A stretch of DNA of 64,000 nucleotides from Gammaproteobacteria bacterium (GTDB lineage: Bacteria; Pseudomonadota; Gammaproteobacteria; Burkholderiales; Burkholderiaceae_C). Shown in pieces: positions 55,673 to 64,000 of the stretch; within the stretch, counting starts at the first letter, position 1; each line of letters begins with the position of its first letter. A program made the position numbers and the translations under genes. Below the pieces are notes generated by a model. It saw only the letters and a list, made by a program, of their open reading frames with translations, was not told where the DNA came from and did not search any database. The stretch is taken from assembly GCA_025359085.1 (NCBI GenBank), contig JANYHL010000125.1, positions 841 through 64,840 on the forward strand, given 5' to 3'.

Positions 55673-57247
55673 TCATCCTGGCCGTCCGGACATCACGGAA
55701 AACATGATCATCCCGGTTATAAAAACGCCAACCAGGCCACCTGACGCGGCCCAGAACTTTTTCAATTCCAGCTTTTCTTTCAATACCGCCCCCTCGTCCA
55801 TGACCATCGTCACCACACCCAGCAGCGGCAACCCAAGGACCGCCTTCAAAGAACGCGCATCGTAGAAAACAGCACGCAACTGACTGGCAATAAAAGCCGC
55901 GAGCAGGCCGGCGCCCAAGGCGGCTAACAGGGCAAGCGGCATCAACAGCAGACGGTTTGTCGCCACGGGTTGGGGCGAGGCACGCGGCGGATCGATCAAA
56001 CGAAAGTCGGCCATGCCGGCGGCATTGTCGAGATCGCCAGACATGGCGGCCGACTCTCTTCGGGTGACCAAGTCGTTGTAGTTCTTTTTGTTGATGTCGT
56101 AGTCCCGATTCAATTGCGCGAGTTCAGCTTCAATTTGGGGCGCGGTTTTCATCAACTCGCGCGCCCGGGCGAAGCGAGTCTCGTACTCGCCCACTCTGGC
56201 GCGCAAGGCAGCAACCTGCACCTCCGAGGTGGCCAGCAGTCGATTGAGTTCCTGATAAACGAGGCTATTGGCGGACGCGGACGCAGGATTAGCCAACGCG
56301 GTCTTACGCAGTTCCTGCAACTCCTTGCGTTTGGCCCCCTCCAGTTCCTGGATCAACCGCCGGGTTCCAGCTACATCGGGATGTTGCTCTGTAAAACGCT
56401 GCAGCAGTCCATCCAGCTGACGCTTCTGCGCATCGATACGCGCATCAATCTCGGGGGTGGAAATTTGCATGGCCGATTCCTGAAGCAGGCTGCGCGAAGT
56501 GATATTGGCGTTTTGATCTCTTTCGGCGTCGAGCTGACGCTTGGCCGAATCCCGCGCGTTTTCAGCCTCTCGCAACTCCAGGCGTGCCTGGCTCAGTTGA
56601 CTGCTGACAACACCAATCTGGCCAGCCATGTCTCGGCCTTCGGCATTTTGAATTTCAATGTTACGCAGCCTGAATTGCTTTAAACGTGTTTCGGCTTCTT
56701 CAAGCTTTGTCACATAGGACTGGATCTGCTCATCAATGAATTTGCGCGCCGTGGTGGCGTCCTTGCGGCTATCGCCCAGACTGGACTCAATAAAAATTGA
56801 CACCAGAGACTGAACCACCCGCTTGGCCTTGTCAGGGCTTGAGTCACGGTAGGACAAGACATAAAGATTGTCCCGGCCCACGTTCTTGATTTCAAGCGTC
56901 TTCATCAAGCTGTCAATCAAGGCCTCTTGTGCGCTTTTGGACTGGGCCTTCAGATCAAGGTCGGCCATGCGAATAAGCTTTTCAATATTCGGGCGACTGA
57001 TCAGCGTGCGACTCAACATCACCACCTGCTGATCGACATTCGGCTGCACCGCCAGGCCCGACATCAAGGGTTTCAGGATGGACTGGGTGTCCACGTAAAT
57101 ACGGGCGGTCGCCTCGTACTTGTCAGGAACCGACATCACCACAAACATTCCGATTGCGGTTACCACCCAGGCCACAAAAAGACCCAGCCAGCGATGCTTC
57201 CACATGCCTCGGGCGGCGGTGGCTAATTGGTCAATGAGCTCATCCAT
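55673..57247 (-). CDS. Polysaccharide chain-length determinant / co-polymerase (Wzc periplasmic half; TIGR03007-like)
   Basis: Two TM segments flanking a coiled coil; YEATARIYVD, LNRDY, FRLIDPP. Confidence 0.92.
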   Translation of the reverse strand: MDELIDQLATAARGMWKHRWLGLFVAWVVTAIGMFVVMSVPDKYEATARIYVDTQSILKPLMSGLAVQPNVDQQVVMLSRTLISRPNIEKLIRMADLDLKAQSKSAQEALIDSLMKTLEIKNVGRDNLYVLSYRDSSPDKAKRVVQSLVSIFIESSLGDSRKDATTARKFIDEQIQSYVTKLEEAETRLKQFRLRNIEIQNAEGRDMAGQIGVVSSQLSQARLELREAENARDSAKRQLDAERDQNANITSRSLLQESAMQISTPEIDARIDAQKRQLDGLLQRFTEQHPDVAGTRRLIQELEGAKRKELQELRKTALANPASASANSLVYQELNRLLATSEVQVAALRARVGEYETRFARARELMKTAPQIEAELAQLNRDYDINKKNYNDLVTRRESAAMSGDLDNAAGMADFRLIDPPRASPQPVATNRLLLMPLALLAALGAGLLAAFIASQLRAVFYDARSLKAVLGLPLLGVVTMVMDEGAVLKEKLELKKFWAASGGLVGVFITGMIMFSVMSGRPG

Positions 57248-57330
57248 CAGATTTGATCTCGATTGTCAGAGTTGAAACGCGACAATGCCGTCGTCCTGCG
57301 ACGCAGGCCTGCAGCCAGGAGGAAACGGTT

Positions 57331-57963
57331 CTAGAACCAGCCTTGCGGAATAATGAGAACGTCGCCCGGTTTCATCTCTACATTGGCAGAGATATCGCCG
57401 CGCTTGATCAGGTCTTTGAGCCGCACCGAATAGCGCTTGCCGCCCTCCGAGGCACGGGTGATAGAGGCCGCGTTGCCATCAGCAAAGTCGGTCAACCCCC
57501 CCACGGCAATCATCACATCAAGCACCGTCATTTTTTGTTTGTACGGCAAGGCCTGAGGGCGAGCCGCCTCGCCCACCACCCGAATTTGCTCACTGTAAGG
57601 GCCGACAAAACTGGTGACGATGATCGTTACCACTGGATCCCGCACCAGCTTGCTCAAAGCTTTCTCCACATCGCGCGCAATTTCAACCGAGGTCTTGCCT
57701 TGGGCCACCAGCTCATCGACCAACGGTGTGGATACCTTGCCATCAGGACGAACCGGCACGGACAGCGAAAGTTCAGGATTGCGCCAAACGATGATGTTGA
57801 GCATATCGCCCGCACCCACCACATAGTTGTAGTCGGTGGCGGCTGCAGCCATCGGCGCGGGAGGGTAAGATGAATAGCTGGCACAAGCGGCCACCAGTCC
57901 AGCGATTAAACCCAAAGCGACCCAACGGATCGCTGTTTTAGCAATGGCAAAATAACTTTTCAA
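57331..57963 (-). CDS. wza: Wza-like polysaccharide export lipoprotein (TIGR03027-like)
   Basis: Lipobox LVAAC; YVVGAGD, VRPDGKVSTP, IAVGGLTDFA, MKPGDVLIIP; TTG start 57963 after AGGGG. Confidence 0.9.
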   Translation of the reverse strand: MKSYFAIAKTAIRWVALGLIAGLVAACASYSSYPPAPMAAAATDYNYVVGAGDMLNIIVWRNPELSLSVPVRPDGKVSTPLVDELVAQGKTSVEIARDVEKALSKLVRDPVVTIIVTSFVGPYSEQIRVVGEAARPQALPYKQKMTVLDVMIAVGGLTDFADGNAASITRASEGGKRYSVRLKDLIKRGDISANVEMKPGDVLIIPQGWF

Positions 57964-58185
57964 AGCGTATCCCCTGTACAAGTTGAATGCGTCCAAGGGG
58001 CTCGAATACTGAAACTAGTTTTCCGATCCGACTCATGCACCAGCCCCCGAATCACGCTTTGAAGTTTGCGCTGATCGGCACTTGCTAAATTGATATTTCT
58101 CAAGAAACGAAGCACATTGCGCAACGGACCAACGGCAAGTAAATTTCTGCTTTTGCGAGGGTGAAGAACCCTAGAATCAGGCGCT

Positions 58186-58647
58186 ATGACCAAGTTGCTG
58201 ATGGTGTGTATGGGCAATACCTGTCGCTCTCCGATGGCGCGCGCCGTGGCTTGCAAGCTGGCCGCTGAGGCCGGGCTGACGCAGCCATTTGAAGTAGATT
58301 GCGCAGGCACCCACGCGCACCCGCTGGGCGAACGGCCCGACCCCAGGGCCGCGCTGGCGCTGATGCGTCACGGCTATGAACTGGGCCGCGCCCGTTCCCG
58401 AAGAATTGCGGAGCAGGACTTCCACGCCTTCGACCTGATTCTGGCCATGGACATCGTCAATTTGACTGAGCTACGTCGGCTATGCCCGGTCGACCAAATC
58501 CACAAATTGCATCTGTTGCTGAACTTTGCCGAAGGGCTCGAGGGCGTCGAAGTTCCTGATCCGTACTACGGCAACCAGGAAGGATTCGAGCATGTGCTGG
58601 CACTCTGCGAGGCAGGCGCCAGGGGCTTGATTCAGCATTGCCGCTAA
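58186..58647 (+). CDS. wzb: Low-molecular-weight protein tyrosine phosphatase (Wzb-like)
   Basis: CMGNTCRS P-loop, DLILAMD, VPDPYYG; divergent from wza. Confidence 0.9.
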   Translation: MTKLLMVCMGNTCRSPMARAVACKLAAEAGLTQPFEVDCAGTHAHPLGERPDPRAALALMRHGYELGRARSRRIAEQDFHAFDLILAMDIVNLTELRRLCPVDQIHKLHLLLNFAEGLEGVEVPDPYYGNQEGFEHVLALCEAGARGLIQHCR

Positions 58648-58650
58648 CAC

Positions 58651-58669
58651 CGGATATTTTCAATATCCG
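58651..58669. terminator. Hairpin between convergent genes (possible bidirectional terminator)
   Basis: CGGATATT-TTC-AATATCCG perfect 8-bp inverted repeat; no clear U-tract. Confidence 0.45.
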
Positions 58670-58676
58670 CGGCCAA

Positions 58677-59684
58677 CTAAACCTGGTAATAGTCTCGGTA
58701 CCAAGCTACGAAACGGGCAATCCCGTTCTCAATCGGCGTGCCGGGCACGAAGCCGACCCAGTCGCTCAAGGCATCGGTATTGGCATACGTGGCGGGCACA
58801 TCCCCATCCTGCAAAGGCAATAGATTTTTCTCTGCCTTGCGGCCCAGGGCGTTCTCGATACAAGCAATGAAATCAAGCAGCGGCACGGGCTTGTTATTGC
58901 CAATATTGAACACCCGGTAAGGCACGTTGCTGGTAGCCGGGTCGGCCAGCGCGGGGTCATACACCGGATTGGGGCAAGCGACCCGATCCAGCACCCGAAC
59001 GACTCCTTCAACGATATCGTCCACAAAAGTGAAATCCCGCTGCATCTGGCCATAGTTGAAGACGTCGATGGGACGCCCGTCCAGGATCGCCTTGGTGAAC
59101 AAGAACAAAGCCATGTCAGGCCGACCCCAGGGTCCATACACAGTGAAGAAGCGCAGGCCGGTGGTGGGCAAACCATACAAATGACTGTAGGTGTGCGCCA
59201 TCAGTTCATTGGCTTTCTTGGTGGCGGCGTAAAGACTGACCGGATGATCCACGCTGTCATGCTCGGAAAACGGCATCTGGGTGTTGCCGCCGTAAACGCT
59301 GGAACTAGAGGCATACACCAGGTGCTGGACCTGTGAATGGCGGCAAGCTTCCAGCACATTCATAAATCCAATAATGTTGCTGTCAATGTAGGCGTGCGGA
59401 TTTTGCAGGGAGTAACGCACACCGGCCTGCGCCGCCAGGTGAATGACACGGTCAAATTTTTCATCAACAAAAAGCTGCGCCATACCCGGTCGATCCGCCA
59501 CATCCAGCTTAACGAAGCGAAATCCCGCATGCGGTGTCAGGCGCTTGAGGCGATCTTGTTTCAGGGTGACGTCGTAATAGTCATTGAGATTGTCCAGCCC
59601 CAGGACTTCATCACCGCGCGCCAGCAAACGTAGAGCTGTCGCCATGCCAATGAAGCCGGCCGTCCCCGTCAGAAGTATTTTCAT
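58677..59684 (-). CDS. UDP-glucuronate 4-epimerase-like NAD-dependent epimerase
   Basis: [48 protein letters not shown]. Confidence 0.92.
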   Translation of the reverse strand: MKILLTGTAGFIGMATALRLLARGDEVLGLDNLNDYYDVTLKQDRLKRLTPHAGFRFVKLDVADRPGMAQLFVDEKFDRVIHLAAQAGVRYSLQNPHAYIDSNIIGFMNVLEACRHSQVQHLVYASSSSVYGGNTQMPFSEHDSVDHPVSLYAATKKANELMAHTYSHLYGLPTTGLRFFTVYGPWGRPDMALFLFTKAILDGRPIDVFNYGQMQRDFTFVDDIVEGVVRVLDRVACPNPVYDPALADPATSNVPYRVFNIGNNKPVPLLDFIACIENALGRKAEKNLLPLQDGDVPATYANTDALSDWVGFVPGTPIENGIARFVAWYRDYYQV

Positions 59685-59722
59685 GGATTGATGCTCGATC
59701 AGAAGTTGCTTTTCAGCGCATC

Positions 59723-60082
59723 TTAATGGGTGTGCGGCGGCCAAGCGGCGCCGACCTCAATAACTTCTGCTGGATTGGGAAAAAATGAATTGTCAAACTT
59801 CGCGGCGAGACCTTGCACACCATTCCTGTAGTCAATCCGAAGCACTTTCCCGTCGCACATCAGTTTCAATTTTTGACCGCGAACCGTCAACTCGACGGCA
59901 AAGCACACATGCGAACCCAGCGCTGGCGCCGCTTCTGTTTCAAAATAGATACCGGTTGCGCTGAGGTTGCGGGCCAATCCATCAAGCGTACCCATTTTGA
60001 CCGGCAACACGGTGTCGAATCGAAGCGCACGCCGTTCGTAGTTGAACGGGTTTTTTTTGTCTTGAACTCTCAGGTGCTTCAT
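59723..60082 (-). CDS. Stand-alone PilZ domain protein
   Basis: RRALR (RxxxR) and NLSATG ((D/N)xSxxG) c-di-GMP motifs. Confidence 0.85.
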   Translation of the reverse strand: MKHLRVQDKKNPFNYERRALRFDTVLPVKMGTLDGLARNLSATGIYFETEAAPALGSHVCFAVELTVRGQKLKLMCDGKVLRIDYRNGVQGLAAKFDNSFFPNPAEVIEVGAAWPPHTH

Positions 60083-60435
60083 GCTGTGCCAACATCAGAC
60101 TCATACGACGACAAATACAATCAAAGCCCGCCACCGGACAAGCCAAGCTGCTCGACCCGTGAACTATGCAAGAACCGTGCCGAAGATTAAATTAAATTAA
60201 TTAATCTATGCGTATCAATGGGTTAAACCATTACTGCATCGAAGGGTTCAGCTTTTAACACGCTCTTGTGCGGGTTTTGTAAACCTATCCGACACGTCAT
60301 ACAAGCCGGTCTGCGAGGTGCTCAATGGCAATGCCGCGGAAAAACTGCCGATCGGGCCCGGAATTCCCGCAGAAAATTTGATCGGGTAAAGCGGTTGGCT
60401 TTGAAAAAGCAAGCAGCGGTGCCGTGCAAGCCTTG

Positions 60436-60469
60436 CCAGGGTTGTAACAAGACAGGTTTTCAACCCTGG
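60436..60469. promoter_or_regulatory. 9-bp perfect inverted repeat in the intergenic region
   Basis: CCAGGGTTG-N16-CAACCCTGG; function unknown. Confidence 0.35.
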
Positions 60470-60484
60470 ACTGGCGACGAAATA

Positions 60485-60547
60485 ACTATTAATATGATAG
60501 CTGTTGATGCAGTATAGACAAGGGCTAGCGCCAAGTTTCACTTATAA
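60485..60547 (+). repeat. ~60-nt dispersed repeat element, copy 3
   Basis: ACTAT-TAATATG-ATAGC, 21 nt, then GGCTAGCGCCAAGTTTCACTTATAA. Confidence 0.7.
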
Positions 60548-60708
60548 TCCAGCGTCTGCCGGACCTGGGTGTACGTTGCGTCAGTGATGCGCAGGTTCGG
60601 GTGGTCGCGAAAATTTATAAGAAGTTTCCCTGTCACCCCCGTCCCAATGGGGTGGGAAGCTTTGATCCAATAGCATTCACGCCAGCACCCGGCTCAGGCG
60701 CCTGGTTT

Positions 60709-61101
60709 TCAGCCCGCCTTGACCGCCAGCACCGGGCAGGCTACCGACAGCAAGATGTCTTGCGCCACGCTGCCCATGATCAGCTTGCCGATGGCCGAGC
60801 GCTGGCGCAGGCCGATGATCAGCAGTGACACGGGCAGGGTATCGACCAGGCCCTGAATTTCTTCCGCCGCGCTTTTACCGCGCACCAGCTGCCTGAATTC
60901 TGCGTCGACACCGGACGCAAGCAGCAACTGCTGCACCCGTTCGACATCTTCAACGTCCGCTTTTGAGACATCAGTGCTGTTGCCGCCGGGGCTGGCATTG
61001 ACCACCAACAGGTGTTCATTGCGGCGTTTGGCAATTTCAATGCCTTTGTCCAAGGCGGCCTGACCTTCGGGACGCGGCGCATAAGCGACAAGTATGGTCA
61101 T
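60709..61101 (-). CDS. Universal stress protein (UspA family)
   Basis: ILVAY, LLIIGLR, GKLIMGSVAQDILL..CPVLAVK. Confidence 0.9.
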   Translation of the reverse strand: MTILVAYAPRPEGQAALDKGIEIAKRRNEHLLVVNASPGGNSTDVSKADVEDVERVQQLLLASGVDAEFRQLVRGKSAAEEIQGLVDTLPVSLLIIGLRQRSAIGKLIMGSVAQDILLSVACPVLAVKAG

Positions 61102-61160
61102 GATTTCAGTCCTGTTTTTTCAATAAAAATCGGCGCGGGTCGCGGTGGATGGGGTGTGAA

Positions 61161-61883
<723 letters not shown>

Positions 61884-61899
61884 GGTCGGTCCTGTGGCG

Positions 61900-63834
61900 T
61901 TAAGCGGCGCTGCCGCCGAGGTAGGCTTCAATCACCTTGGCATCGGCCTGCACATCAGCCGGTTTGCCTTCGGCGATTTTCTGACCGAAGTCGAGCACGG
62001 ACACGGCATCGCAAATGCCCATCACCACGTCCATATGGTGCTCAATCAGAATCACCGTGATGCCGTGGTCGCGAATTTTGCGGATGATGGCGACCAGTTC
62101 CTTGATGTCGGGTGCGGTCAGGCCAGCGGCGGGCTCGTCGAGCAGCAGCAACTGCGGGTCCAATGCCAACGCACGGGCAATCTCCAGCAAGCGCTGCTTG
62201 CCGTAAGGCAGATTGCGGGCCTCTTCCTGCACCAGATCGCCCAGCCCGACAAAATTGATCAGGTCCAGACCGCGCTGCACCGAAGCCGCCTCTTCGCGTT
62301 GGTAGCGCGGGGTGTGCAGCGCCACATCGGCCAGGTTGCTGGCAAAGCTGTGGTGCAGGCCAACCTGCACGTTTTGCAAGGCGGTCATTTCACCAAACAG
62401 TTGCACATTCTGGAAGGTGCGGGCAATGCCGCTGAGGGCGATCTCCGACGAGGTGCGCCCGACCACCGAGCGGCCGGCGAATTCGATCGTGCCGGCCGTC
62501 GGCACATAAATGCCGGTCAGCACATTCATCATGGTACTTTTGCCCGAGCCGTTGGGTCCGATCAGGCCGTGGATGGTGCCGCGCTTGACGTGCAAATCAA
62601 CCTGGTTGATGGCTTTGAGGCCACCAAATTGCATCAGCACCCCTTTGGCGATCAGCAGATCGTGGCCCGCCTCGATGCGACCGGTGTTGTCGGCCACCTT
62701 GATGGCGTCTCTGCCGGTGGTCATGTGTGCCACGTAGCCCGTGGATGCGGCACGCTTGGCCACAAACAAGCCCCGCGCAAAGCCCACGATACCATCCTGC
62801 AGGTAATACACCACAAACAAGATCATCAAGCCGAATATGCTCAGGCGCCAGTCGGTGATCGACTGCAGCCAGAAAGAAAACCCGGCGAGCGCCAGCGTGC
62901 CCACGACCGGGATGGCCATGGCTCGGGGTGTGGTCATCTTTTTGGCGATGCCGATCACGCCACCGACGGCCATCATCACCGCCAACGACGTGGCCACGAT
63001 GCGAAACAGCTCCAGGTCATCGAGCAGCTTGGGCAGGATCACGATGATGGCAGCGCCCAGCAGCGCCCCTGAACGCGTCTTGCGCCCGCCCATGATGACC
63101 GCCAGCAGGAACAACACGGTCAACTCAAAGTTGTAGGTGTTGGGGGAAATATATTGCTCGGAATACGCATACAGGCAACCAGCCAGCCCGGCAAAACCGG
63201 CGCTGATAACAAACGCGTACACCTTGTAACGGTAGACCGACACCCCCATGCAGTCGGATGCCACGGGGCTCCCGCGCAGCGCCTCAAACGCTCGCCCGAG
63301 TTGCGAACGCAAGATACGGTCTACAACGACCAGAGACAGCACCATCATCACAAACACCAGCCAGTAAAAGCCGTTTTCGTGGAGCTGCACCCCCGCGATC
63401 GAGGGCTTGGGAATCTTGAGGCCCAGCGGGCCTTCGGTCAAAAAGTCCATCTCATTGATCAGAATTTGAATGATGGTGCCAAAAGCCAGCGTCACCATCG
63501 CCAGATAAGGCCCGGTGACCCGCAAGGCAGGCAAGGCGAGCAGCGCACCAAAGCCCGCCGTCACGAAAATGCTGGCCGGAATGATCAACCACAACGGCGC
63601 ACCGAGCTTGAGGAACAACACACCGGCGGTGTAGGAGCCCACGCCAAACAGCCCGGCATGGCCGAGCGACACTTGACCCGTATAGCCCACCACGATGTCC
63701 AGCCCAAACAGCAAAATGGCATAGATCATGATCGTGCCGATCATGTGGATGTAGTAGGGATTGCTGGTATACAGCGGCGCACCCGCCAGCGCTGCCAAGC
63801 CGATCACGGCCGTAATAAGAGACTTGCGCTTCAT
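61900..63834 (-). CDS. Fused LivM permease - LivG ATPase
   Basis: GYTGQVSLGH and GPYLAMVTLAFG (LivM); GPNGSGKST, RTFQN, LPYGKQR, LLDEPAAG, IEHHM (LivG). Confidence 0.92.
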   Translation of the reverse strand: MKRKSLITAVIGLAALAGAPLYTSNPYYIHMIGTIMIYAILLFGLDIVVGYTGQVSLGHAGLFGVGSYTAGVLFLKLGAPLWLIIPASIFVTAGFGALLALPALRVTGPYLAMVTLAFGTIIQILINEMDFLTEGPLGLKIPKPSIAGVQLHENGFYWLVFVMMVLSLVVVDRILRSQLGRAFEALRGSPVASDCMGVSVYRYKVYAFVISAGFAGLAGCLYAYSEQYISPNTYNFELTVLFLLAVIMGGRKTRSGALLGAAIIVILPKLLDDLELFRIVATSLAVMMAVGGVIGIAKKMTTPRAMAIPVVGTLALAGFSFWLQSITDWRLSIFGLMILFVVYYLQDGIVGFARGLFVAKRAASTGYVAHMTTGRDAIKVADNTGRIEAGHDLLIAKGVLMQFGGLKAINQVDLHVKRGTIHGLIGPNGSGKSTMMNVLTGIYVPTAGTIEFAGRSVVGRTSSEIALSGIARTFQNVQLFGEMTALQNVQVGLHHSFASNLADVALHTPRYQREEAASVQRGLDLINFVGLGDLVQEEARNLPYGKQRLLEIARALALDPQLLLLDEPAAGLTAPDIKELVAIIRKIRDHGITVILIEHHMDVVMGICDAVSVLDFGQKIAEGKPADVQADAKVIEAYLGGSAA

Positions 63835-63836
63835 CT

Positions 63837-64000
63837 TCAGACCTTTTTGATCGCGTTTTTACCAAACAGGCCGGACGGTTTGAATGCCAGCACCAGCAGC
63901 AGCAGCACCAGGCCCGGCACGTCTTTGTAACCGGTGGAAATGTAAAAACCGGTGGTGGTTTCGGCCACGCCCAGAATAATGCCCCCCACAATGATGCCCA
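63837..64000 (-). CDS. livH: Branched-chain amino acid ABC permease LivH (C-terminal fragment)
   Basis: My translation gives GIIVGGIILGVAETTTGFYISTGYKDVPGLVLLLLVLAFKPSGLFGKNAIKKV-stop. Confidence 0.85.
   Translation of the reverse strand, partial: GIIVGGIILGVAETTTGFYISTGYKDVPGLVLLLLVLAFKPSGLFGKNAIKKV

Noticed and set aside
60404-60430. Sigma-54-like sites here (minus strand) and at about 33804-33822
   Set aside because: GG-to-GC spacing is 11 rather than the required 10 nt. I found no convincing -24/-12 promoter by eye; a PWM scan would be needed.
60248-60541. 97-aa minus-strand ORF and 83-aa plus-strand ORF in the last large intergenic region
   Set aside because: No motifs or RBS, atypical composition, and they overlap the non-coding repeat.

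Overview
This is a GC-rich betaproteobacterial window; a Comamonadaceae/Rhodoferax-like origin is my inference from protein style. About 60 kb is one very large exopolysaccharide / PEP-CTERM-exosortase A (XrtA) locus. It starts with the truncated prsK sensor kinase and priming sugar transferase on the left. On the right is the conserved core: wza, split wzc, outer-membrane barrel, ExeA-like ATPase, wecB, deacetylase, FemAB-like protein, xrtA-epsI, glycosyltransferases, amidotransferase, Wzy/ligase and ugd. A wzb phosphatase, UDP-uronate epimerase, PilZ, Usp and a Liv-type ABC transporter follow. Between these lies a ~30 kb accessory block of polysaccharide-tailoring chemistry that does not match any pathway I know. 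(i) A Mur-ligase domain lacking the MurF N-terminal domain is fused through a Cys4 linker to an apparently catalytically intact peptidyl-tRNA-hydrolase (Pth) domain, beside two glutaminase-less N-type ATP-pyrophosphatase (Asn-synthetase-like) proteins and a flippase. (ii) A discrete FkbH-ACP-MaoC/SDR-AAC(3)-like cassette plausibly makes and transfers glyceryl/lactyl groups. (iii) A second ACP system (adenylating ligase, BtrK-like PLP decarboxylase, GxCxG/GxRxG hydrolase pair) is present. (iv) There is an AT-richer GtrA/GtrB/GT-C module. (v) A 1064-aa VanZ/O-antigen-ligase/CBM-like protein sits next to a small 4-Cys secreted protein. Outside the gene-level features I found three copies of a ~60-nt element with fixed spacing (GCTAT-N7-ATAGC-N21-GGCTAG), one read in frame inside an enzyme gene, and a chain of two TGATG-coupled mini-ORFs after xrtA. 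No rRNA, tRNA, CRISPR array or transposase was seen. Family names, including TIGR numbers, come from motif recognition and memory, not from HMM searches. Several start codons were moved from the ORF track to starts supported by an RBS or a gene overlap.
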